DNA from: Paragordius varius
Lineage: Eukaryota > Animalia > Nematomorpha
Assembly: GCA_964247055.1 (NCBI GenBank)
Contig: OZ176056.1
Location: forward strand, 5,766,001-5,830,000
Length of the DNA stretch: 64,000 nucleotides
Reading direction: 5' to 3'
Position numbers and translations under genes: made by a program. The notes under the pieces are model-generated. The model did no database searches, was not told the DNA's origin, and saw only the letters and a list, made by a program, of their open reading frames with translations. Of the stretch, positions 38,396-50,316 are shown in pieces; position 1 is the first letter of the stretch, and every line of letters begins with the position of its first letter.

Positions 38396-38744
38396 TTAAT
38401 AAGTTACTAATGTGAGATTACTTTTTAAGCCTATTTTGATTATTTAATATTAATTTGAAAATACCATAATTATGAGTAAAGTGACCATACGTCCCGCTTT
38501 TTCACATTTTGTCCCGCCTCCCGCTACGTTTATAAGATGTCCCGCTTTTTCATGATTATATAAAAAAAAATTTTTTTCAATACAAATAATTTTTTTTAAT
38601 ACAAATAAATTTTTTTTATTTTATATTAAAATTTTTTATTTTTAAATTAAAAATATTTATTTTTTTCCAATTTATATCATATGGTTATACACTTTCCTTC
38701 CTGCTACTACTGTCATTAATATCAAAAAGCCTAGTTATACTAGA

Positions 38745-39092
38745 TCAAAAGACAAATTGATATTATAAATCGATACCTTACACGCTTTTTCCAGAAAATT
38801 AAGGTAATATAACATTTATTATACTAATATTTAGTTTTAATACTTGCCAACATTATAAAAAATTTAAATTAATACTACAAATCGGTAGCCTCAAAGACAA
38901 ATTGATACTACAAATCGATACCTTACAAGCTTTTTTTAGAAATTAAGGTAATATAACATTTATTATACTAATATTTAGTTTTAATACTTGCCAACATTAT
39001 AAAAAATTCAAATTAATACTACAAATCGATACCTTACACGCTTTTTCTAGAAATTAAGGTAATATAACATTTGTTACACTAATAGTAGTTTA
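38745..39092 (+). repeat. Tandem ~110-140-bp direct duplications in the hAT 5' region
   Basis: aaatcgataccttacacgc...aattaaggtaatataacatt occurs three times. Confidence 0.85.
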
Positions 39093-39097
39093 TAAAT

Positions 39098-40066
39098 ATG
39101 AACACAAAAAGAGGCTGTAAATTCAATGATGAATTAATGAAAGATTTTCCTTTCATTAAAAAAACGAAGAATGAATCGTCTGTTAAATATCTTATATGCG
39201 ATGGGGAATTCACCCTGGCACATGGCGGCAAACATGACATTACAAAGCATATTGATACACAGAAACATCAAAAATGTTCAATTATAACGGCATCATCTCA
39301 CAAGATGAGCGATTTTTTTCGAAAAACCGCTTTTGGAGAGGAAGAAAAGAATTTAGCACTTGCTGAGGGCCTGTTTTCCTTTCACGCATTAAACCATTGT
39401 TATTCATTTCTTTCAATGGATTGTACCTCACAGGTTATTCGCACGTTCTTCAATAAAAAATTTACATGTGCCCGTACAAAGGCTGAAGCCATTGTATGCA
39501 ATGTTTTTTCGCCACATGCATTTTCTGAAATACAAAAAGATTTGCTAAAAATTAATTTCTTTTCCCTATACTCTGATGCTTCAAATCACCATGAAACAAA
39601 ATTATTTCCTACTTTGATATTATATTTTGATTCAGAAACCGGAGTAAAAATTAAAATTTTAGATTTAATTTCCCTACCCGGTGAAAATTCTGATATAATA
39701 TTTACTTCAATAATGCATATTTTAGAAAAAAATAATTTAAAAAACAAAATTATCGCATATTGCGCTGACAACACCAATACGAACTTTGGTGGAAAAGCAA
39801 GGAGAGGAACAAAAAATATTTTTCATAAATTAACAGATAATCTTAATCAAAACATTATTGGCGTAGGGTGTGCAGCGCATATAATACACAACGCTATTCA
39901 AACAGCTGCAGATTTGTTACCCTTAGATGTGGAAAATATAGTTGTTAAAATATATTCCTATTTTTATATATACACGGTACGTGTTGAAAGGCTTAAACAA
40001 TTCTGTGAAAATGCAGAAGTTCAATATCAAAAAATGCTTGGATATTACAATATCCAAGCATTTTAA
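39098..40066 (+). CDS. hAT transposase, C-terminally truncated
   Basis: BED-like N-terminus (one Cys lost), first D in YSDASNH, second D in CADNTNTN, CAAH motif. The catalytic E and dimerisation domain are absent. Confidence 0.88.
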   Translation: MNTKRGCKFNDELMKDFPFIKKTKNESSVKYLICDGEFTLAHGGKHDITKHIDTQKHQKCSIITASSHKMSDFFRKTAFGEEEKNLALAEGLFSFHALNHCYSFLSMDCTSQVIRTFFNKKFTCARTKAEAIVCNVFSPHAFSEIQKDLLKINFFSLYSDASNHHETKLFPTLILYFDSETGVKIKILDLISLPGENSDIIFTSIMHILEKNNLKNKIIAYCADNTNTNFGGKARRGTKNIFHKLTDNLNQNIIGVGCAAHIIHNAIQTAADLLPLDVENIVVKIYSYFYIYTVRVERLKQFCENAEVQYQKMLGYYNIQAF

Positions 40067-41955
40067 CATCTATATTTTCAACATCCAGGGGTAACAAATT
40101 AGTAGCTGTTTGAAAAGTGTTGTGTATCTGCCAATAATGTTTTGATTAAGATTATTCGCTAAATTGTTAAAAATATTTTTTGTGCCGCTTCTTGCATGAC
40201 CCAGCGCACTTTGTGATGATTTCGTCTTTATTATTTTTTTCTAGAATATTATGTAAATTTATTGAATAAGGTACAAACAACCTGTGAGGTACAAATTTTT
40301 TTATATTTATAATCTATTTGTGTTAAAAATAAATAAATATTAAAATAAATTTTTTGTATAAAAATTTTTGGTTGTACCCCCCAATGACCCCCCCCCCCCC
40401 TCAAATTTGTTCCGCTTTTTCCTTCAAAAAATCTGGTCACCTTAGATAAGAGGGAAAAAGCTATTTTTTTCTCCTTAAAATTTTTTAATGGGTTATAATT
40501 CGTTGCGTTTGTTTTAATTGGTTTATATTTAATTAATCTAACAGTATCGGGTTAGTAATTAGCCAAAAAAATTTTATACGAACGCTAATTGGAAAATTGA
40601 TTTCTAAATTTTTCAAAATAGAATATGGGGTATTATAATTAATGGTAGAATTCGAAGAAAAATATGTCTTTATGCATTATCATCAGGTTAATAAAGAGGA
40701 AAAATAATTTTTAGGGGATTTATAAAAAAATAACCCTATATCGTAAAATTTTTAGTTAAAGTTAAACTAATAACGTAAACCTATTTTATAAAATCTGATA
40801 ACAATTTGTTTTATTTAAATACAAGGTTAAATTATCATTTTGTATTTTAGGAAATATATAGGTCTTGTTTTTACGTTCGTCCGTGAATTTAAATTTGTAC
40901 TCTTAATAAGCATACAATGTATCAAAGGTTATATATGACAGATTAAGGACTTATATATCATATCTAATTTTATATTTAATCATCATAAGCTACCCACTAT
41001 AATATTTTATGAACAAACAAAATATCTCCCTTGTAAGGCAAGTATTCATTTCCAAAAATCTAGAGTCTAAATACCTTTTAAATAAACACGAGATAATATG
41101 TTAAACTATATATTTTTTATTACTTTATCGAAATTAATATTTTGTTAACCTATTGACATAAAAAACTTACTTGGAATTTGTATGGAACACGTAATTTCTT
41201 TAGTGCCATCTTGGTTTCGAGCAGATATGGAAAAGTTTATTATATCATTGTCATCCTGTTATTTTGTATTGAAAAACATTATCTACAAAGTGTGTTTGGG
41301 AATTTTCTTAATAGTGTATGTTGTATTAGGTTGTTTCGTAAACGTGAAAATAATTTCTCCATTCGCAATATTTTCCTTCAATCGGATATCTGGAAGTCCT
41401 AATAAGATGATATTTATTAGTTGGCAAAATAATTTAAATTTTAAAATTCGGTGTGTGATTATAAATATAATATATATATTTTTATATACACTGTAGGCAA
41501 AAAAGAGGATTATTTTTTTTAACAAATTTTTTTCACGAGACAACTTATAACGAGTAATTCATTTGCCGACCTATTTTTGAATTATTTGGTGAAAATCAAA
41601 ATTGAGCAAAATTGAAAATAAGGATAATTAAGGATAATTTAAATAATAAGAAGTTGGGATAATATGGTTGATCATCATTTTAGGAGATATTTTCTATATT
41701 TAAATATATAATCTAGGGTTTTTATGAAATCTCAAATAAATATGACGTTATTCCACACAAACAGCAAAAAATTTAATAATATATTATATAATTTTATTTA
41801 ATTGTTTATAGCTAAACTCACTATTAAAATCTTAACATTCATATTGTATTCGGCAAAAAATTTCACAAAATAAAACTAAAAAATATTGTTTTTATTTTTT
41901 ATTTTTTTGTCATCTGGTTTATATAAAAATTTATATTGTTTTATTTTAAAATCTC

Positions 41956-42142
41956 ACATGAGTGGGAATAAGTATATAAAATCAAAATAGCATTAAAAAA
42001 TAGTGAAATATCAACCAACAATCCTTAATCCCTTTAACAAGTATGTTTTAAGACAAATTAATATTTTTATTGGGATTTGTACGGATTGTTTGTTTATATT
42101 CCACTACTATTTGCAAAAATATACTTTAGCCCACTCATGTGG
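41956..42142. mobile_element. Small ~185-bp hairpin MITE
   Basis: CACATGAGTGGG / CCCACTCATGTG ends with further arm similarity. Confidence 0.6.
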
Positions 42143-42261
42143 GATTCTAAAAAAGGATAAATTTTTTATACAATTATAAACCAGATGACAAAAAAATGGA
42201 AAAATAAAAAACGATATTATTTAATTTTATGTATTTTGATATAAATATTTTTTTACTGATT

Positions 42262-43975
42262 AAAGATGATGAAGATGACGCGGCCACCAAGCAGGTACGA
42301 TTTTTGGCTCTAAAATCGCTGGATGTAAATAAGAAAGTGGTCGAAGAGGCAACGATCACTGACCAACGGTTATCAAAAGTTAAAAATGCTCTCAGGACAA
42401 ACAGTTGGATCGACGAAGATCTGAAACCTTTTTTAAAACATAAAAACGACTTGGAGTGTTGTTATAATCTGTTATACCTGAATTTATCGCTTAGTGATAC
42501 CACAAGCGATGCAGGAAACGATATTGAAACTTCTGCATACGGGACACAGCGGGCTAAAAACAATGAAAGCCCAAGCCCGGTGTTCGGTATTTTGGCCCGA
42601 ATTAGACACCGATCTAGAGAATTATGTGGAAAGGTGCGAGGCTTGCCAAACCTATCGACCTAACGCACCTGAAAATCTTCCCTATCGATGGAATTTTAAC
42701 ACTTTGACATGGGAAAGGTTACATATAGATGTTGCTGGACCGGTGGACGGATATTATTGGTTAGTGACTATCGATAGCGCCTCACGGTGGGTAGAGATAG
42801 ATCTTCTTAAATCAATAACGAAAAGCGTTTTAAATTGCCTGGAAAAACACATCGCACGATTCGGTTTTCCCCGCCAAATTGTGACCGATAACGCCACGTA
42901 TTTTACTTCAAGAGAATTTACGACTCTCCTAAATCATATGAATATAAAGCACATCTGTGCAGCCTTCTTTCACCCCAAAACAAACGGTTTAGTAGGGAGA
43001 GTAATAAAGACATTATAAACGAAATACGCCGCTACTAAGACCCAACAAATGCATGCATATGAAGCTATCAACACGGTCCTTTATTCGTATCGAACTAGCA
43101 TGCATTCTTCGCTAAAAGAAACGCCTTCCGCCATATTCCTAAAACGGCGTGTACACAATCCTATCTCTTGGGTAAAAACAACCCCTGTCGAATTTATAGA
43201 GCACGAAAATGACCGAGACGCGAATTCCAACAATACGATCCTGTCTATATTAAAAATGAAATGGCCGTAGGCTAACGGCCAGGTCACATTCTGGAGAGAA
43301 GGGGGTTACTCTCGTATGAAGTGCAAGATGAGGAAGGGATTCGAAAACGTAAACATGCAGATCAGTTACGACGTAGGTCAGGAGGGAATTCATACGAAAC
43401 TAATCCCTTAATAGAGCATTATCCCAGCGTCGAAAGTGTCCCGGGTCATGTCGAGGTAGCCCACTCCGAACAAACCTTCCATCCCACCTCGGAATCTCAA
43501 ATAGCCCATGCCCCAACGCCTGCTACCTCATGGCAAGACGTAGCCCCAGAATCGCTGACGCCTGTAGAGGCTACACCCGACAAGGTAAAGGAGGTTTTTG
43601 ACCTACCCGAGCGTAATCCGCTAAGAAGACGGCAGCCTTCCGATCGTTTAAACTTACAGGTATAATGTACGAACACGACAGCCCCCGTGGTTAACTTAGG
43701 GGGAGAGTAATGTAAGGTTATAATATTCTATTTTAATAACACACTCAATACATGTTGCATCAGTTATTTTGTATTTGAATATTATATATATATTTCGTGT
43801 TAAAGCTTATCTGTTGTTAGGAATAACCATTGTGTACTACGCAAATAAGGCATGCACACATAAAAAGAACTTGTGATATAATAGCAACTCACTTTTTTAT
43901 TTTTGGTTTTTCTTTTTATCGCTCAACTCTATTTTATTATACCATACTGCTATACGTGAATAAATCAACCTTACA
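42262..43975 (+). mobile_element. Ty3/Gypsy retrotransposon 3' fragment: integrase, PPT and 3' LTR
   Basis: HHCC (HTGHSG..CEAC), WERLHID, IVTDN, and NGLVGR (catalytic E changed to G); frameshifts and a stop. PPT TTAGGGGGAGAG, then LTR 43711-43975 TGTAA...TTACA. Confidence 0.92.
43711..43975 (+). repeat. 3' LTR (265 bp)
   Basis: Immediately follows the PPT; TGTAA/TTACA terminal inverted pentamers. No 5' LTR partner was found in the window. Confidence 0.75.
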
Positions 43976-45393
43976 ATATAAAAAAATATTATATTGAGTT
44001 TAGCTAGTAAATAATATAAAAATCAAAAATAGTTTCATAGAAATATTTTTAAGTGTGTTAGAAAAACGCCATTGAACTGATTTATGAAAACCCTATTTAT
44101 ATGATTTCAGGCTATTTATATTTAGAAAATATCTCCTAAAATGGTAATCAACCATAAATAACTTTTATCATAATTTTTTAATTATCCTTAATTATCCATA
44201 ATTTTTACCTTTTGCCCGATTTTGATTTTTTTAATATTTCAAATAGGTGGTAAAATAAAAAATTTTACGGCAAATAAATTCACTGGTCATAATCTGGTGG
44301 AAAAAATATTTTGTAATGAACCAGTGTATATAAAAATTGATGATATTTACTATTTGATTGAGGAATAAAAACAGATATCAACCAATTTTTAATACCGATT
44401 ATTTTTTCTGACGGCCATATATATATTTTATAAGGACAAAAGCAACAAATATGTAAAAATCACTCCCTATTAAGAATTAAAGTTAATATTCGGCTCTATA
44501 AAAATGGAAATTGTTTACTCTGAAGTAGCTGAAATATAATTGCATATATATAAAAATGGAAATATTTAAAGGTTATTTTAAAAATATCTTATATGCTTCT
44601 TTTTAACATTAATAGAATATAAAAATCAACGAACATATTTTAAATTATTATATTTTGAATTCCATTGAACAAAATTTTATTATCTATCAGAATCAAAATT
44701 AGATCATTAAATACTTGATATAACATGAAATATTTAAAACAATATATATTTTTATATTTTATTAATAATAAACTCATTTTTTCAGATAGATATTAGCAGA
44801 CTCTTCCAGACGATATCCCATATAATTATTTCTTGTATTACCTTTCAAATAAACATAAGATGAGGTTAAGGCGTTGTCGCAATGAAAAGTGTATAGCCCC
44901 TGATGGCTTTTACCAACTTTTGATACTATTAAAGTGCGTGAATTTGTTTTTGATAAAGTAGTGCCATTAAAATTTTTACCATTATGCTCCCAAAACTCAG
45001 TTTCACAATTATGATTCAACTTGATATAAAGTGCTAACTTCTTATTGTTTGAGATGGTTGTATTCTTTAAACCCTTTTAAAAAGCTATGAAATTAATATA
45101 TATATAATATAATATATATATACTTAGTATGCACATTAATGTTGATAACCTTATTGTTGGTCAATTAGCCAGAAGTTTATGATATAAAGCAAATTTTGTC
45201 CATAATTTAATCAATTTTAATGTTATATCATGGTGAAAAATTGTATTTCAACCATTTGTTGTTTTTTTATTCAAACGCGTTACTTTATTACCAATCGCGA
45301 AAATAATGTAAATTGACCAACATTAATGTGTACACTATGTTAAAATTATTTGAATTTACGCGTTTTCCTAATATTAATGAATTATATTTTATT

Positions 45394-48300
45394 TCAGATA
45401 TAAGGCTTTAGGGTTAACACAAAAGTTAGATAGTGAATATAGTACAAGTAACATGCCCAATTATATTATAACTTAGGTTTTGGTATGTGGTGCGTCCTGC
45501 TAAAATTTCAGTTGAATACCGTTTGTAAAAATCATAAATTTCAAATGATATTTAAAATTAAATTTTTTCAAAACATAAATTGACAAGATGATAAGTCACA
45601 AAGTGGCTGGAATGTCATTAATACTATATCGCGCAAAAATGGTTGAAGCGAGTCTTAAATATCAATAAAATTATGGCAAACTTTTAAGCAAACGAAATTG
45701 GATTTTTATAATGCCACTAACACATTCTTTTACACTCTAGTTTAATTTTGTTGAAAATAAGCTAATGCCATATGAGCGAATCTTAAATAAAAACGGAGTA
45801 CGCTAGATATCTAATATCCAATCTTTTTTTTAATATTTAGATTTAAAATTTGAAAACCAAAAGAGATTCCGAATATATTATTATTTGTGTATGGGCATTT
45901 CGAACATATTACCATCTGGTTAAAAAAATAAATAGATGTATGACTTTTTCATAGTTATTTGAAATACGTCTTAACTCGAAATAATTGTCTTGATCCGTGC
46001 AAAAGTTTACTGACCATATATTTACAATTTTATTTTAAAAATTCTTTCCAAAATTATTTTGGTTCTCATTTTAAGAGTCTAATATGAAAACTTTTTTATG
46101 TTTTTCGGATAGCCCGTTTCTTAGATAAAATGCGGATAGAATATAACAAAAGCATGCTAAACGAATCCGATATAATTTTTCCTGACAAATCAAAAAACAT
46201 GATAAAAAATAAGGGTTTGGTTAAAAAAATTATATTCGATGGATACAGTTAAAAATGGTTTCTCTTTAACAAACCATCTAGCGTTTTCGTTGTTTTTTAT
46301 GGATCCTCCGTTATAAAAAACTGTTAGATTCTTTCCAATAAAATATGAAAATTTAATGCTATCGGTAAAATATTTCCTTTAGACATAATCAAAATATTTG
46401 TTAGAATCTTAATTACCTGAATAATTGATTGTAATGTTTGCCATGGCACTTGATCTCTTTCGATCGAATGCTTGAATACAAATTATTGTTGGTTGGTTAT
46501 CGGCAAAACTTCCTTCCAAGTCATAGTACTTGGTGTTTACTGTGCACCAAAAGTTTTTATATTTTGATGCCCACATTACATTTACGCTTGAATTAGAAAG
46601 GTGCTTGTATTTGAGATTAAAAGGCGTTTTGGTTCCTAAAATTACATAAACAAATTTATCATCACAGAGGACATTTAGTGTATTAATTATTTATTTAATT
46701 TAATTTGGCGAACAAGAGCCGAAAGTTAAACTCGTTAATGCTCTCTGCCAATTGGCCAACACAAATATATGTATAATGTAATTAAAATATAGAAAGTAAA
46801 TACGTGCTGGTATGGTAAATTCTGCTATCCCTCTTTCGTTAGATGCCACGAATATCAATTCATCTTCACTCATGGATGAGTTAATTATATAACCTGATTT
46901 GATATTTTCAGCCACTTTCCTCCCATCCCTAGCCCGTAAATAATAGTTAATATTAGGATTAGAATCCCAGACTAGTTTTAATCCCTTTTTATCTTCGGTA
47001 TATTTGATTGTGGCTTTTGGCATTACTAGAAACCGGTTGCTTATATTCATTAAAGAACAGATGGTAAAGGTACAAATTAATATAATATAAAATATCGTTA
47101 GATATTAATAAGAGAACAAATTTCATCGTTATCGGATAAACTTGTTTTAGGTTTAATGCAAAAATTTATAACTCCTTTATCTGTATCCTTTAATTTATGT
47201 TTAATCTTAGCTGAATCTCCCACATCTTTTTTAACAATATTACCATTGTGATGAATAAATAATTCATAAGATAGATCAGGTATGATAGCAGGTCCAAATG
47301 GTACTGTTATAATATTATTATCAAATGGTTGGATGTAATCTATCAAAATTAGTAAAATTGAAATGATGGGTTTTATTTAATATTTCTTATATTAAATAAG
47401 ATTTTATAGATCTGTGTGAAGTAACTGTCCGACTGCTTGCATTTTAAAATGTTTTGAATAGTTTTATAATTTTTATATAAAAAAATTGGTAAAATTTTTT
47501 TAATTTTAATATGAGTTAATAAATATGTACGAATTTTATATTAAAACATATCGAAATTTTACACTGGTAATGTATTTTATGATATTTTTAAATAAACCGT
47601 ATCAGATTAATAATATTCAATAGCGTTGTTTATACATAGGACCTCTGAAAGTTATTTCAACATAGATAATTTGTATACTCGGAACATTTATAATGTATCT
47701 GACAAAATTATAATTTTTAAATTATGCTGAAAATATTATTCATAATAATAATTTTATTATCATCAAAAAATATATGGTATCTTTGGTTAACACTTGGATA
47801 CAATATATTCATTTCCGTCCTTCGATTCAAATTGGGGTGGTATACCCCAGGCCTGTTTAAAACTAAATTCTATAAAAAATATGGAAGGAATCGAAACCAT
47901 GGCAAAATTATGCACTTATAACATTAATGAACCGAAGTATAAAAAAAAATTTATTCAAATACTTGATATGACTTATTTTAAGCTAAAATCGAAAGAAACC
48001 GCTTTGCTATTTCCTTCATTAGATGTATAAAAAATTAGCCTTTTGCCCTTAAAATTAAATGAAGTGATTTTTTGCAAAAATTTTGTAAAATAAAAATGGC
48101 GTCAAAGTAGTTTGGCATAAAAATGTTTTTTTTCAAAACATTATTTAGATATTTTGGCATATTAATATAATTTTTATTAGGATAGAAGCATAAACTTAAA
48201 TTAGGACCGTTTCCATCAAATTTTTTAAAAAATACTAACTTAAATTTTGTCTGGGTTTAGATACCCCAATTTGAATCGAAGTGTTAATTATCTCTATTAG

Positions 48301-49162
48301 GCCATTTATTGGTATTTATTTTCGGAATCTATATAAATTAAGAAATATTTTTGTTTCTTTTGAACGTGTTACTCATTCTAGATTTAAGATGGGTATTAAT
48401 TATTTTATGTGCAAATTCGCAGATCTTAACGACAATATATCTTATTAGTTAGCCCTCTAGCCCTCTAACAACAATAACTTTTAGACTTTTAAAAAAAATG
48501 GTAACCCAATATAATTATTGTAAAATTTGTCGCAAAAGGTTTTACCATAACTCTTGATCTTCGTAAAACCAGATCAGTAGAAGTGTCTTTAACACCTTTC
48601 CGCACCGCCCGGGTTGGAAGAGCATCTTTGTGAGTATAGATCGACTTAGTATTTTTGATCCCTCTTTCCTAAAATAACTATTTGTTTCTATTAAATTCTA
48701 AAAATGAGTCAAAGATATAATTACCGCTAAAATTAATATTTTTTTGACATTTCACATATAACAATATAAATACATAAATAACTAGTTTGGCCACTAAATT
48801 ATTATCAAATAAATAATACAAAAAACATCCTGTTTTTTTGAAAATTAAAAAACATAATCTCAGTTAAATTTTATAAAAAAGAGTCATATAATATTTAAAA
48901 TTTCAAAAATAATATAAACAACTAACCGATTATATTGACATGAGCAGATGTAGTTTCATCATCTATTGTAAAAATGTAATTTAATCACTTTGTGCAACAT
49001 TCAACTTTTCATATATAGAGGTCCCATTCTTACTTTTCCCACCTATAATTTGACCATCTTTACGCCAATTCATTTTCCCTCCAATGTTGTAACTAACTTT
49101 TAACGTTAAAGTTTTGCCCACTTGGAGCGTAACATTTGTCAGTGGTTTTCTTTTTAGGGTGT
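45394..49162 (-). pseudogene. Ig + 3x FN3-like surface protein, upstream module, possible TM exon (disabled)
   Basis: Exons: 48927-49162 Ig I-set (VTLQVGKTLTL..NWRKDG; frameshift), 48546-48668 uncertain, ~47100-47339, 46804-47025 (LVWD..FVASNERG), 46417-46635 (SVNVMW..CIQAFD), and 45394-45499 hydrophobic segment with a frameshift. Most boundaries are phase 1-1. Confidence 0.7.
47791..48283 (+). mobile_element. piggyBac-like MITE (493 bp) with TTAA TSD
   Basis: TTAA|CACTTGGATAC...TTCGATTCAAATTGGGG at the left end; CCCCAATTTGAATCGAAGTG|TTAA at the right end. Confidence 0.88.
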
Positions 49163-49552
49163 CTATATAATGGTGAAAATTTTTTATGTATTTAGTCCAA
49201 AAAATAGAGTAATTGATTTATTGACAATTATAAAAATCTAAATTTAGTATAACAGATTTCGGGATTATTAAATCGCAAGCCAGACATTATGAATTAAAAT
49301 TATAAACAAATTTATTATCAAATCAGATATTTATTATATAATAATGTGAAAGTTCATAAAGAGGAGGGCTGATTTTCCGTATTAAAATACATTCAAAATA
49401 AAATTTATTCCTCTTAAATTAAATTATATGGCGGCAAAAGGCTAATGATAGTTTTACATTACTTTTAAAATTATTCGTTTACACAAAAGGTCATATAATG
49501 CCGGTCTTTACTTTAGCTCGATATTTTAGATATTAAAGTATACATTTTAATG

Positions 49553-49681
49553 GTTGTTCATTCCACATTGTAGTTGGACAATTTGCTACACAATAGAGTA
49601 TGGAAGACAAGAATAAACAATTATTTCCTTCTTTTTTTTCATCACTGTGTTGCAAATTGCCCAACTAGAGTGTGAACAACG
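49553..49681. repeat. Short diverged inverted repeat (~130 bp)
   Basis: gttgttcattccacattgtagttggacaatttgc versus gcaaattgcccaactagagtgtgaacaac. Confidence 0.55.
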
Positions 49682-49762
49682 ATTATAATACAGTATTAAG
49701 AATCGTCGAAATCTTCGAATAATTAAAAATGGAGTTAAATTATACGCTATATATATGTTTAA

Positions 49763-50316
49763 CACTTCGATTCAAATTGCGGTATCTAAATACCCCAGAC
49801 TAAATTTAAATTAATATTTTTAAAAAGCTACTGAAGGAAACGGTCCCAAATGTTTCTATCCTGATAAATATTATATAAATATGCCAAAATATCTTGATAA
49901 AATTTTGTTTTGAAAAAAAGCTTCATCTCAAACTACTAACGCCATTTTTATTATACAAATTTTTTGCAAAATATCGTCTTTATTTAATTTTAAGTGTAAA
50001 ACTAAAGCTAATTTTTTATATAAATTACATCTAACATTGATAGAAATAGAAAAAGCGGTTTAGTTTGTATAATTTTTCAATTTTACAATTTGACACATGT
50101 TACGTTGACGAAATTTTTACCTTTCGGTTTTAGCTTTAAATAAGGAATATTAAGTATTTTCGAATATATTTCGGTTTATTAATGTTAGAGTGTAAAATTT
50201 TGCCATGGTTTCGATTCCTTCTATATTTTTAAAGAATTTAATTTTAAACAGGCCTGGGGTATCGAACTACCCCAATTAGAATCGAAGGACTAAAATGAGT
50301 GTGTTGTATCCAGATT
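49763..50316 (-). mobile_element. piggyBac-like MITE copy, inverted relative to 47791-48283
   Basis: TTAA|CACTTCGATTCAAATTGCGG start; TTAA at 50317-50320; internal sequence is the reverse complement of the other copies. Confidence 0.85.

Larger units (their letters stand above)
38477..40444 (+). mobile_element. hAT-Blackjack-type DNA transposon, internally truncated
   Basis: TIR TAAAGTGACCA / TGGTCACCTTA, GTCCCGC subterminal repeats, degenerate 8-bp TSD ATTATGAG / GATAAGAG. Confidence 0.85.
41489..44326. mobile_element. Tc1/mariner-like TIR element enclosing a Gypsy fragment
   Basis: TA|CACTG ... CAGTG|TA. Diverged ~350-bp arms 41489-41830 and 43985-44326 (ttttaggagatattttcta / tagaaaatatctcctaaaa). 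Confidence 0.75.
37437..45084 (-). pseudogene. Ig + FN3-like domain surface protein, downstream module (disabled)
   Basis: Phase 1-1 exons: 44842-45084 Ig (FWEHNG..QGLYTFHC; in-frame TAA near the start), 41171-41398 FN3-like (FSISARNQDG, donor GTAAGT, two stops) and 37437-37687 FN3-like (NTTVILSW, 1-nt frameshift). Confidence 0.7.

Noticed and set aside
41178-41496. Plus-strand ORFs 41178-41402 and 41182-41496
   Set aside because: Antisense to the FN3-like exon at 41171-41398, which has proper splice sites on the minus strand.
43321-43665. 114-aa P/E/T-rich ORF as an independent gene or env
   Set aside because: It is a frameshifted continuation of the integrase C-terminal tail (RKRKHADQLR..RRRQPSDRLNL) just before the PPT, with no signal peptide or TM.
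47724-48030. ORFs 47724-47921 and 47794-48030
   Set aside because: They lie within the piggyBac-like MITE and have no transposase motifs.
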